From Lingula anatina (taxonomy: Eukaryota > Animalia > Brachiopoda): a DNA stretch of 64,000 nucleotides. The notes below the pieces were generated by a model. It made no database searches. It was not told the DNA's origin and was given only the letters and a program-made list of their open reading frames with translations. The stretch is taken from assembly GCA_051362555.1 (NCBI GenBank), contig CM120641.1, forward strand, positions 14,818,001-14,882,000. The letters are read 5' to 3'. Both the position numbers and the translations under genes were made by a program. Positions 1-12,745 of this stretch are shown piece after piece (position 1 is the first letter of the stretch; every line of letters begins with the position of its first letter).

Positions 1-22
1 TCACCCATGGTTTTTGACCGAA

Positions 23-25
<3 letters not shown>

Positions 26-72
<47 letters not shown>
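26..72. repeat. (GT)n microsatellite
   Basis: direct. Confidence 0.95.
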
Positions 73-73
<1 letters not shown>

Positions 74-2510
74 CGGGTAGGTGGTTTATCTGCTTGTCTG
101 TGTGTGTATGTGGGGAGGTAATCTGTTGTTTCAGCTAGGGGGTCATGTACATGTACTACAGCATATGTTGGATGACTTCACATGTTATCATCGTATTTTG
201 AGAAAGGATGGGAGAGAATCTGGATACATTCGAGGAAGTTCGATATCGCGTGTAAATGGTATGGACATCCTGGATAATTCTTTTTTTTTTTCCACCTAGG
301 GATAAGGACTCACTTTTTCTGTAGACCAAATAAAAACTACCATAGCCAACTCCTCAAATTGATCATGGTTTCGGTCTTAAAAGCGCGTGAATTCTTTGCC
401 TCATTTCGCGTGTTGATTGCTCTCGAAATTGTGCTTGAAGTGTCCGCGTTTTTTCTTGCGCACGAAGGCGAGAGGGCGAGCGACAGCGCTACTGAAGCCT
501 TGAGTCGGAGGTTGATCTTTTCTTTTGATGTCTGTTACAATTAATGCAAATGTCTGTTTGGTCTATTGCGTAGAAAAAAGACTAAGTGGAGAATAGCGAG
601 GCAAAGTACAGTGGCAATTCATTATGTTACATGTGACCTTTAAGTTTTATTTTGTAAACTGGCATGACGTAGGTTTTGCTCAGGTTAAATAATTCTAATT
701 TAAGATCAACACTAAACCTTTTTTTTTAAATTTAATTGGACAAGTAATTTCAAAGGCTTATTCGTCGAATGGTTGAGTAACTATTTGGGAAAAACTGAAT
801 ACATGTAAGGAAACGGTTCGACGAAAAAATGGGCATGCGGGCGGATTTGTGTGCAACGAACACTTATTACTGTGCATGTGTCTGTGCAAGTGTAATCTAA
901 ATAAGCAAATCAGTGCACTTCTGTAATTCCTTTAGCCATCTCATCCTTATGGAATTGGTGGATTTATTTTTCTTAAATTTAATATTTTAGGTTCGATTGG
1001 AACGTTTTACTTGTTCAGCATGTATAATCACGCTTTTCTTTGATCACGTTTTCACATGTGTTTTAGTAACCTTTAATTCATACGCAGATTGTTGTTAGTA
1101 CGTGCCTTTAAAATCAATATTTAATGTTAATCAATGAAAGTTTTCCTTCTATCTAATGATATACACTTTGTTATATGTTCGGAGACACTTTGATCAGACC
1201 GCTGAAACGCCTTGTGCGCATGTGCAGATGTATGCTTGGGCATTCACATTCCAATCCTCAATCCCTCAGAAAAGCAATCGATCTTCACAGGAATTTCACG
1301 GAAGAAACATGACTTAAATAGTCATTACCTCGTAAACCCAGGATAGCAAAAATTATTTTCTCATCGCTCTTCCCTCTCTGTATCGATGTGTATGATATAA
1401 TCAAAAGAGAATTAATACGCGCGCGCACGTGTTATTATATACCAGTAGTGGTTCTTTAGACGTGCATAGCAAGGAACAGAGAAATGATAGGAAAGGCTTT
1501 GTACTCGTGAAATGGAGGGATACAGAATGTCTGATATCGAAGAAAGATATCAAGAGATTCTGAAAAAGCTTTTTAAAAATATTCACATAACTATGGTTGC
1601 CCCAGGGCCTGTTTCACAAAAGTCTCAAGATTTTGGAATTTGTTTGATTGCTGAAATCAGATAGCCGCCTATGTAAAATCGACTTAGTGATATCGGTATA
1701 AGAGTGTTTTACGAACGATTGGGCCACAATGAATGTAGTTGACGTGCCTGAGAGGCCTATTGTCAAGCACTGAGAGTTAAAATCATTGCCAAGACAATCA
1801 CAATTTGCTCAGGGGGCTTACTTAAAAGCCCGGAAAAAAAACAAAAAAAAACAAAAAACAAAAACAGCTGAGTTACTTCTTAAATTCTTTGCGAAACGGA
1901 AATAAGCATGCTAATGCCTAGAACAAATTTTCGTAGTGTGTAACAGGCCAAATCTGCCAACGGTATTTACATTGAAAGGATTCGAAGAACGAATGCACAA
2001 CTGGACATTCAAGACTTAAATCTTTTCTTTGTAGAAACTAATCACAAGATTATGTGTGCGTGCAGTGTCAGTTTCTCGACTAGAGATTTTACTCAAACAA
2101 GAGTAGGCTACGTCTGACCTACAGTAAGTTCCAGAGCCAAGGCAGACCAGTTTCTTCATTTTCAAATCTCAGTACATAACCACTTGTCGATAAACGTGCA
2201 CGTATGGGGATCTGAAATTAAAGAAGCTGACATAACCTAAACATTAGGATAGCACATGCGCCTCTTCGAAGAAATACCTGCACGAAAGGAAGCGTGCGGT
2301 TCTAATTAGGTTGATAATCAAACATCCACACGGGAAACAATGTAATGAAATGGGTTTTCTCCCAACAGACAAGGCAAAGATTAAAAACATGGACCCGCTG
2401 ATTAAGCAGAGATCTTTTCTTTCGTCTTAAGCAAAGCAGATTGATTTTAGAGTGCATTTATATTATATTTTAATCATTTACCATTTTGAAAATGATCAGA
2501 ATGAACCAAG

Positions 2511-2548
<38 letters not shown>

Positions 2549-4227
2549 AAGTGATCTTTGTTTGTACTGCGTATACGAAGAATTAAATCAGGTTATATTA
2601 GATGAATTGCTGCAATTTGTGGCAGTTTGAAGTATGTGTAGATTGTGTCATTTTTCTTTATTTTTGATAGGCAGGAAGTTGGGTCAAACGCCTATTTATC
2701 TGTAGGTCATTTGATGGATGTATTTTTACAGGGGAAATGGTACCAATCCACTGGTCTAACTACTGCTATATCTATAACCGTTTTGCTCAAAAGTACAAGC
2801 TCTTATATATGTAATTATAAACACAGTGATTTGATTTTTTTTAACTACTTTGGCCTACACAATGGGCATTTTTATTATTTGTGCTACTCGGATTGGATTC
2901 CATGTGTGCGAAGAATTTGTTGCTAACTCCTGCACCTGATGCAGAAACGTTAGAAAGCAGACACGATAAGTGGACCACGATAATCTTTCAGTGCCACCCA
3001 AAGTCTTCTTACTAGAGGAGCCAATGACCAAATTGACGCCATTGAACAATTAGGGACGGGTCAATTTCACAAAAGAACTCTACCCCGAAAATTGGTCTTA
3101 ACTTAAAGACTGAAAATAGGTCTGCTTTGTCTGCTTTATAACAGCAAAACCATGGTGATGTTTCAGACTTATACCTAATTTAAGTGGAATAGCCTACGAT
3201 AAATATGTCTTGAACTCAATATGTGGACGAGAATTGGTCAAAAAGATTATGACCAAATGGCTGGTTAATATCTGGTTCTGGCTAATACATGTTTTTTTCT
3301 TGCCTTACTTTTCTTTCTTTCTTGCCTTCCTTTCTTTCTTTCTTTCTTTCTATATTTTGTGAAAGGTCAAGGAATCTGGAAATCTGGGGCGTCGGTCTCA
3401 GAAATCATCGTGTGTCTTTTATGACAAAGAAATCTGATAAAGCCTCATTATGCATATTTGCGACATGCACATTATTCTTGACTTTGTTTAACAAAAGTAA
3501 CACCTTCTTTGCATGACATAGTCCATCAGGTCTAGCCGGAAATACGCTTAGAAATTCCATATAAAATATTTGGAGTATTATGAAACCTGAATGTCCCAAA
3601 GTAATTACTTTTGGGTCCGCTAACTTTATATCCCTTGCCATAATGCCATGATTTCAACATTTAGACTGGGACTTGTTTTCCTATCAATGTGGTGAACTGA
3701 CCAGCCAAAAGAAGCAGTCAAATTTACGCCCGTTCTCTTGTGACCTTGACCGTTACTATCATAGGAAAGCTAGGAGAACGGTAGTAAGTACTGCTCGGAA
3801 GTCAAGCCAGTCTCTCCAAAAACGCCAAGGTCAAATTAGCCTTATTGCTGGCAATAAAGGCCTTCGTATTGGTTAGAAGGTATAGATTGTTACGAAAGGA
3901 CAGAGTTATACTATTAACTGACAACTTACAAAAATTGGCACATTTAGTGTGGTTATCTGTCTTCAATAATCTATAAACACAAATTACATTTGCAGTTATG
4001 GAAATGGTTTGAAACGATATTGAGGGACACCTTATAGACAAACATAAGTGCTATGTCTTCGCATATTACATAACTGGAAAAGCCTCTTATTGCCTCTTAT
4101 AGCCCTTCTCAACTGCTCCCAACAACCGATTCATGACGTCGAACAATAGCATGCGGTCCTCTTTAGACAAAACAATCAATTTCCGGTAAATGTAACTTTG
4201 TTCGTGGCATTTTCCTTAAGCAAGTGC

Positions 4228-4376
4228 CACCAGATGGATGTCATCAAACGACACCAGATGTGCGTCACCAGATGACACCAGATGGACACACGCTGAGGGA
4301 AATTCGTGCGGTATTCTTAAGCCATCGTGTAAGTCATTCTTAAGCCATCGTATAAGTCATTCTTAAGCCATTGTAT
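4228..4376 (+). repeat. Short tandem repeats: CACCAGATG x4 and a 23-bp unit x3
   Basis: ATTCTTAAGCCAT units at 4313, 4336, 4359. Confidence 0.8.
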
Positions 4377-4497
4377 GACCGCTGGTGTAGAACCTCTGGC
4401 TCCTTCAGCAATTTCGTGAGCGGTGGTACAATCTTTGGCATGCTAAAAATTTCCGACGAACCTTGCGTGCTGGATTCTTGTGTTCAGTTTGCCTTTC

Positions 4498-4585
4498 GGG
4501 ATTAGTCGGCCCTGCTTTTATGTGGATCGGCCATATTTGATCCGCGAATCTGTTAGTCCGCAGATCAACTTGTTTTGAATGCCCC
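4498..4585. mobile_element. Old family X MITE right-arm fragment
   Basis: GGCCATATTTGATCCGCG..TGAATGCCCC matches arms at 10.5 kb. Confidence 0.5.
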
Positions 4586-7552
4586 GTAAGTTCGAACGCA
4601 TTGTACTGTTAATACGACACCGTGTAGCCATATATCGTGTGTCCCTGCGTGTCTTGCGGTAATAAACTACTATGAACTAAAAAGCTGTATCTTCGCGTTA
4701 CCTTCGTGTGTGGTTCGGGTGCCATTGGATGGTCCTCTGTAGACATCGTTCTTATTTCTGTTGTTGATTGATATATTAAAAACTACCATACACAAAGAAC
4801 AAATAAAAAAAAATAAATAAGATAAAATAATGAGTATTTCATAACTGGAATATGAATCAACGGAAGTGAGGGAATTGGGGGGGGGGTCTAGCTCTTTCGA
4901 TATATTTTGCAAGCAACTATGCGTAGAGAGTCAAAAATGATCTCTCCTAGCCCCCCCCCCCTTCTTTTAAGCAATGCCTGCCCCTTATAACCTCGATATG
5001 CTAGTGGCAATTCCAAAACAGAAACTACTGGTCGTCAGTACCCATTTAGTATTAGTCAGCTTAATGGGTTTTCATAGCCCTTCGGGAATGATCGAAAGAT
5101 TCCTCCAGGAAATGAAGACAGACAAACAAATCAGGGATTGCAAACAGTGAGAGAAGGCAGTAGTGATTTGAGTAAATGGAAGTAGCTACCAGACGGAACG
5201 AAAGGTCTTAAAAGTTTTATATCCATTATTGATGGGAATGGTTAAACGAAAATGCAAAGTTCGTGAAAATAGAAATGATAAGTAGAATAATCCTCTTGTT
5301 GCCCCCAGGTTCTGCATCGTAGTGCAATCATGAAATGATTTTTTCTATTGTGGAGTCAATGTATGCTTTTTTAGGCTCGATGAGGCTTAGTCAAAGGGAG
5401 AATTGCCATATTCTTGATGTTAGCGCCGGCGTAATTTTTGGCTTATATATGTTTTACTATATAAAGGTTAAAGGCTTTTGCAGTTATATTTCCAGTTATA
5501 TGCAAGTTGCAAAGTTTACTTTGGTATATAAATAACATTCACCATAATGCCTTAAGTGTAATGCATTGCTATACTACATTCCTTTAGTAAAATGTTGATT
5601 TTGATAACTTCAAAATTGTTTAACCACACTGAAGTGTCTCAGACAGCCGGGTTACATTTTTGGGGGTAAGCTTTACCGAAGTTTTATTCAAATTACTAGG
5701 ATGTTTCCCTGCCTTTCCAGTATTTGAGACCAGTTGATTTAAACACTAATCATTATGTCGTTCTGTATCAGTTAGTATTGGGTTAAATCTGATACAAGGT
5801 ATGAACAAGATTAATGTGCATCATTAGCAGTTGCACAAAGCACGTCTCTGACGAATTCAAAAATAACTAGCTAATATTGTTGAACATGAATTCCTTAATG
5901 ACAGAAACGTCTTTCGATTGCACGCTGCCATGATTATTATTCGCCACAACGTGTATACCACACGCGCGTTTGATTTCCTTCTTACACAAAAGCGGTGAAA
6001 CATCAGAGAGTCGTTTGATTGGAAGTGACCGCAAGAGCTGACGAAGACTGCCTGAATTGCTTTAAATAAAATTCCAGGATTAAAGAGTAACCCCAACAGT
6101 ATGCTTTACCACATTTTAAGATATCAGTTTTTCACGAGGGAATCGATTGTGATGAAAACGGAATAATTGCATAATCTCGGTAATTTTCATTATAATTAAA
6201 AAACCTACATGGCATTACCCGTTTAATAAAATCCCACTTGTTTACATTAGAATATGGAATTTAAAATGCTGCATGAAGAGAATGGTTGATTGATTCATTC
6301 AAAAATCTTAAGTGATGGGATATGTAAAAGCGATTATTTGATATTTACTTTGATTAAAGAGATACCTGCTTTTCTTATGAGATTCATAATTCATAATAAA
6401 TACATTTTAAACAACTCAAAGAAATATGTAAAAATCTATTTTATTATCAAAACGGCAGTTATCCCTATGATTTTGGAATCTGTGCATGCATCATACCACG
6501 TGTCCATAGATGGGTACCCTCTAATAATTTCTTCAGAGATTATTCCAAAAAATAAAAATAAAAACAAACTTTAAGAAAATAAGGTACTAACATTGATGTC
6601 GGAACGGATTTATTAACCATTGGTAAGTAAGGGGAAATTATCGTTTACCCCTGGAAAATCCCTTATTTTTTGGTCAAAATGAACAGTTGTCATCCTTTTA
6701 AAATCGCTAAACAAGCACATACTTGGGATGTCTATCAGTTAACGTGCTGCATTGATGCGTATACACAGCTCCGTTGATACAACCTGTTTATTGTCTTTGC
6801 TGAAAAGTTGAATACCCAGATATTGATCGCATACTCAGATGAACTTTGATAATCAAAGTAAGTGAAGGTGGAAAAAAAGATACTTGAAACCATTCTTGAC
6901 ATTCGACCTAATTATATTGCTTTTCATGCATGTAAACTGGACTGTAGAATTTGCCATGGCTGCAAAATATCGTAAAAAAAGGACCTGTGTGTTGCGTTGG
7001 AAAACCAAAACGTTTGTGTATATCGGAACATATCCTGTTTTACGTACAGATGAATGCGGCTCAGTTTGCAATTGATTAGTAGAAAGAAAAATCTAACACG
7101 ATGGATTTGGTTTACTGTACGATTCACCTTGTTGTATGCCATGGCCGACATATTCATTAATAGGGAATAAATCTGCTTCACAGAACTTTACCAAGCAATG
7201 TCCAATTTTAGACCTTAGTCCCTATATCTATCTTAATTAGTGACAGAACATTTGTTTGAGGGGCTTTCTTTGGTCAATGTTATTAAAAGTGGGAAGTCTC
7301 ACAAAAGTTAAGAAATCCAAAATAAACAAATAAATAAATAAATAAATCAATAAATAAGACCTATTGTTTTATTGGACTGCTACAGATGTATTCAGTATCA
7401 CAGTAGACTGTAATTTTCAGCTAATATTACATGTAATTTTACACTTAATTGAGTCCTCCTGTGTCAAATCTCTTGTTTTATGCTCGAAAGTTCTTTGCAG
7501 TAATGCTATCATCATAACTTTATAAGGCTACTCATATCACTTACTCTTTAAA

Positions 7553-8309
7553 GATGCATTTGAAGTCAAATTTTTGCTACAAAAGCCAATCAAATACCAA
7601 ATAGTTTCAAATGGTATAAATAAGAGCAATACAAAAGGATATCGTTCTCCTGTTAAACGTAAATTGACATTTGAACGGATATTTTCTGCTTGCTTTCTGT
7701 GCTATATGTAACCTAGCTACATTTATAATATTTACATTACTCGGGGTTTGTGTTTGCAAAGATTGAAAAATTAAATAGTGAAACTCTGGGCTTTTTTTTA
7801 TCTATTAGTACATTACAAATGAATTTCCCCACATCGCAGATCAACCTTCTGAATTAGCGGATTTCTTGCGTGTGTTCAACAATGTTAATATATAATGAAA
7901 AGTTCCGGCAGTAGAATGTTGATTCAATATTTACCTTATCTTCACATAAACAATGTTTTTTAAAGATGCCCTTCGTTAATTGAATGATTATTTTAGCCTT
8001 GAGAAAAGTAAGCCTATTCATTGCCATAAGGGGGTTAATTTGGACAAAAATAAGACAGGGGGTGTGTACGGTATCGCGGATTTATTGAATCGGTTTCTAT
8101 CAAAATCAAGGGGAACACTTATAGTCCTTACTAAATATTATTGGATTATAAATAGTGTACAGATGCATTTGAATGCAATTTTTTGCCATAAAAGCTGACC
8201 AAATGCCAGCATATTGTTTCAAATAGTGTAACCTAGAGAAATACCAAAAGCCATCGTTTCATATTACCCGAAAAATGACATTTGGATTTTTTTGCTTGCT
8301 TTCTGCGCT
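7553..8309 (+). repeat. Diverged ~150-bp direct repeat pair (7553-7703, 8161-8309)
   Basis: AGATGCATTTGAA..GTTTCAAAT..TGACATTTG..TGCTTGCTTTCTG occur in both. Confidence 0.7.
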
Positions 8310-8734
8310 GATGTAAAAGGGGCAGATAAATTGGTCAGATAAGTAGGTCAATTTACGACCAAATTTTGAAGAAGGTGCAGGTTTAAAGCTCTTTTATAAC
8401 TGATGGATCGATTATTTCGGTGTTTCCTTTAGCATGTCGACTTTATTGAGTCGTATAATAAACTAGTTTATACTGGTTTATATGCGTTACTGGGGATCCA
8501 CGCTCGGTTCAATTGCTTCTTTAAACTGTAGTTTCTATCTTGGACATTTTATTCCTTCAAGTTTCTATGGATTTAGATTAATAAAATTCTTTGTTATGTA
8601 GTAACAGTGTTCACCACCCATGGCTTTTGGATCTTGTATCTTTGCTAATAGTCGAGTTTATCTGTAAAATATTGAGTATGCATAAGAAAAAAAGCCCATT
8701 CCTAATTGATATAAAAACGATTGACAATACATAC

Positions 8735-10383
8735 ATTGTCAATGGCCGGCCTCTCAGTTACAATTGCCACAATGAACAGTAGATCGGTGAGAAATCAAGG
8801 ATCGGTGACTATACGTGATTCTATTTTGGAAAACAACCTGGTTGAAAGTTTTTGGATGAGGCAAGTGTAGCCTGTCTTGTCTCCAACCTTATTTGAGTTT
8901 GTTGAAGCAATAGTTACTGCAATATCTGCGACTCTGCGTATAGTTACTATATATAGAATCCCTGCATCGAAGAAAAACAACATCAAAAATTCTACATTCC
9001 TTGAAGAGTTCCTAGAATACCTAGGGACCCTCTCAGGATGGCTAATTGTGCTAGGGGATTTCAGTGTACAGTGGGAGAAAAAACTGATAACAGTGAAACA
9101 AACAAATTCATGTCAATTCTGGATATTTACAACAGCATGTTTCTGGGTCAACCCATGTGCATGGTCATTCACTAGATCCGATTATCACCAGGAAAAAAGA
9201 TGAACGTCTAAATTTCTGTTCTGTCGGTTATTTCCCTTCTGATCACCACATAGTGACAGCATCCATATAATGTGGCAAGTGAAAGAATCATACGACAAGC
9301 GACTGCTTGATGGCCTAGACAAAATACACTCTGTAGCTCCACTGAAAAATTTTATTGTCAAAATTCATTGTCAAGAATGGACCCATACCCATGGATAAGT
9401 GGTGATATCTTGAAGACGGAAGTCAGAAAGTTTATGGCGTAAAAACAAACCAACTGTTTATCACCAAATCTACAGAAATGAAACTACTCAGATTTAATCA
9501 GTGCAAGTGGTGGAGACAAGAAGTCATTGTTTAGAACTGTCAATGATCTTTTGGTAAAAACAACTTACTACAGTCACACTCAAAAAGACTTTGCTAATCA
9601 CCAATGTGTGACAAAAAAATTCAGTGAACCGATATGTATGATGATCTGGCAGTTCTAGAGAAGGCAACCTATGCCCCCTTCATATCTAAACGTGTCTGAA
9701 CTCAAAAATACCCAGCGTCAATTTTGATCTGTTTTCATGAAACATCGGGGGCTGAAAGTGTGAAGATCGTTAACAAATCTAAGACTCCTTGCCTTAATCC
9801 TATTCCCAGCAAGGTGTTAGTTTTGATCTCTGTTGTAATCGCGCCTCTTAATTTTCACATTGTTAACATCTCTTTCAAAACTGGAATTTTTCCAGATCTT
9901 TTTTTGGACTACAGTCATTAGGTCTATCTTGAAAAAAGTCAATCATGACTCTACTCTCCCACAAATTATAGACAAGTGTCTGATGTAAAAGTGAGGTCAA
10001 TACCTCTTCTCATGCAAAAAATCTTAGTGTACACGTGGTCACCTCTTTGTCTGTGGACAAACAAATATATAAATATTCCAAATATTCTTTTAAAGTCGCT
10101 GCACCAGGGTCATGAAATTTTCTTCCTCTTTTACTAGGTAGGATACTCTACGGCTACTTTTAAAAGGGAACTCAAGACTAAAAAATATGAATAGAATTTT
10201 TATGTTGAACTTTTTAAAGAGAGTGATTAAGTTCCGTTTTTAATCTTTACATTATTTGTTTTAATCAATTTTTCCTGTTTTTTCGCTAGCTTTTTAATTT
10301 TTCTTCATTGCATTGTAAAGTCTATTGAACAAATTTGCATTTTAGACTTTAAGTAAATGCTGCTATTATTATATTATTATTAT
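8735..10383 (+). mobile_element. Decayed, internally deleted CR1/L2-group LINE
   Basis: APE endonuclease-like IVTIYRIP..FLEEF..IVLGDF (8877-9203); broken RT N-terminus (NPIPSKVL..IVNISFKTGIFP); L2-like 3' tail TGTAAAG..TAAATGC(ATT)n. Confidence 0.75.
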
Positions 10384-10385
10384 CG

Positions 10386-10730
10386 CTGTAGGGGCCTAGC
10401 ACTTAAACCTTGGAGCCGAGATTTAATCCGTTTAAAGGCGCGTGTGGAGGCGGAGAGACCATCGGGAATCAGCGGCATCGCTTTTGAAGTGTGGTCGGCC
10501 ATATTTAGTCGGAGGATCAGTTAGTACTTGGATCATCTATTCTGAATGGGCCCCATTATTCAGCACACATGGTTCTTGGATCTACTGATCCGTGGATCAA
10601 ATATGGTGAATCCTACATGAAAGCAAGACCACCTAATTTTTAAATGGTCTCTCCGCCTCCACACGGATGAAATTTCGGCTTCGAGGTATAATTGCTAGGC
10701 CCCTGCAGGGAAGACGGAGGCGGGGAGGCA
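10386..10730. mobile_element. Diverged family X MITE halves in inside-out arrangement
   Basis: Shares GGAGGCGGAGAGACCA, GCCATATTTAG, TCTGAATGG, CCTACATGAAAG, GCCCCTGCAGGGA with the 27.5-kb element. Confidence 0.7.
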
Positions 10731-10894
10731 GATTTATAACGGTTTTTTTTTTTTTTTGCCTTTAAACAGACCTTGCTTTACACAAAATCGTGTCTAATTC
10801 TATTTTTCTTTTTGAATTTTTTGTAACAGCGTATCATGCATAAAATGAATAAAAGGTGTCAACCAATATTACAATCATATCTTAGCATACATGT

Positions 10895-11205
10895 AATAAT
10901 AATGCTTATTTCGTAAATTTAGTCCTCTAGCCCATATTACATTACAGTAACAGGAATCAAGTTTATGTCTTCTATATATCCCCAAGTTTGAAGCACTCAT
11001 ACACTTACATTGACAAGTTTGTTGAGAGAGTTGCATCTTCAGATTTCATGGGCTTATTAAAGTTGAATAGGTTTGCTTGAATGCCGGGAATATATTTGAC
11101 TCTGTAGCCATTATACTGTGAACACAGAAGCACAAAATTGTACTTGTCCTCTGTGTATGCTTCTTTATAAGCATTGCAGCAGTAATCACAACATCTAGCA
11201 TACAT
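10895..11205 (-). mobile_element. 3' fragment of a non-LTR retrotransposon (RTE-X/CR1-like)
   Basis: R-C-x-x-C..ED-x-x-N-F-VLLC..Y..R..YI C-terminal Zn-knuckle-like motif followed by an AATAA(ATT)n tail. Confidence 0.55.
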
Positions 11206-12145
11206 GTATGTACAGACTATCTCAATATATATAGGACCCGTTAATATGATAACAATTAATTATTGAGACAAGAAACTGAGACAAGCTTACGTGTCTTTGA
11301 AGCTGATGTGATGACAATTAAAAAAGCAATGATTGAGCATGTCTCTAGTTCCAAGGATGCATTTTTTAAAGCAGGTGTTATAAATGACCGAAATTTCGCT
11401 GATGAAATGCTTGAATTCGACGACGTAGTTGTCAATCACCCTGACGCATTCTTCTTTCGGTATGGCACGTTTCTTTTCTATGTGAACACCCTTACCTGTA
11501 CGACATATCTTCAATGTACAAATCACAGATAAGTGTATATCTGCACAAAACTAGTTCCAAGGAGAATTTTTTTTTGCTGGGATGATTGGATTGATCAATT
11601 GTAGCGTCACATTCTTCTGTCAATGTGACTGTCATAAGATAAATTTATTGTTTTCAACCTAAATAATACATGTAAAGCTAAGAAAAATAAAGGATATTGT
11701 CCTTTTAACTTCTAGCAGTGTATTAAAGTAATATAATAGGTAAATATAGAATATTACCCAACACTCTGTGTGAGTCAAAGTGTTTGGAATAAAAACAAAA
11801 ATGTTAAATGTTATTCAGTTCAAAATAGATCGTCTACATTTTCTGTGAAAGCTTGCGAAGACTGTCAACCCCAGTATTGATTAAAGTAACTGGCAACATG
11901 AAAAATTGCAGAAGTGACAGGTATTGTTTTCACAAGTGGTATTCATATCAATGTCTTTCCGTGCATGGATTAGCGCTGAAAGTATAAAAAATGCACTGTA
12001 ATTGGCATGGTGAACCTAAGAACAGATAAAGAATCTTGCTTCTGACCGACATTTTTGTTTTGTCTCCAGTGATTTGAAAATTATTTTGCTAGTCTGTTTT
12101 CTCTTTCGGATTCTTTCCAGACAGAACATTACCGGAGGGCCTATA

Positions 12146-12213
12146 CAGGGTGGTCCATAAAAAAAATCACCTACCATCTCAATTTAAAATAGGTTGTTTT
12201 ATGAACCACCCTG
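12146..12213. mobile_element. 68-bp Tc1/mariner-type MITE
   Basis: TA|CAGGGTGGTCCATAAAA..TTTTATGAACCACCCTG|TA: TIR with TA TSD. Confidence 0.8.
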
Positions 12214-12529
12214 TATATATGTGCGCCATCGGTACTAATTTTGTAATTTTTTTTATTGAGGACTTAAAACGGTGCATGCGTCTTATCAATGGTTCAATGT
12301 ACTGACATGGCTTGGGAATCCATTTTGGCCGTTGTAAGTAGGGGCTAGGCTGTACAGTATGTAGCAGATCAAGTCTAAATTGCTCCAGGTCCCTATGTTT
12401 TGTGGAATTCGGATTGAGATCCAATTTAACCACCGATTAATTTTTTATGACATTGTAAGTGTGTGAGTAATAAACCAATCTTTGCATTTAGGAACAAACT
12501 TCTAGTCAATCTAGTTTATCTGAACTTTT

Positions 12530-12745
12530 AGAGTCCATTCCCACAGATATTTACATCGATCTATCCCCCTGGGGAATCTCACTAGATTGCTGTCAGCTGA
12601 ACCGGCTTAAATGTCTGTCCCGCCTACTAGGGGGTAATTAACTTTTGTGGGCGCTCGGCTCCCGGAAGCTGGCAGCAATTTAGTGAACCCCCAGGGAGTT
12701 AGGTCGATCCAGATGGATCGATCTAAATCTGTGGGAACCCAGTCT
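12530..12745. mobile_element. Fold-back MITE
   Basis: Nested inverted repeats TTCCCACAGAT/ATCTGTGGGAA, CCCTGGGG/CCCCAGGG, CACTAGATTGCTGTCAGCT/AGCTGGCAGCAATTTAGTG. Confidence 0.7.

Noticed and set aside
4313-4376. 23-bp repeats as a CRISPR array
   Set aside because: Head-to-tail with no unique spacers, eukaryotic context, no cas genes
4191-4745. Solo LTR (TG..AATAAA..CA)
   Set aside because: No matching TSD; contents are better explained by tandem repeats and a MITE fragment
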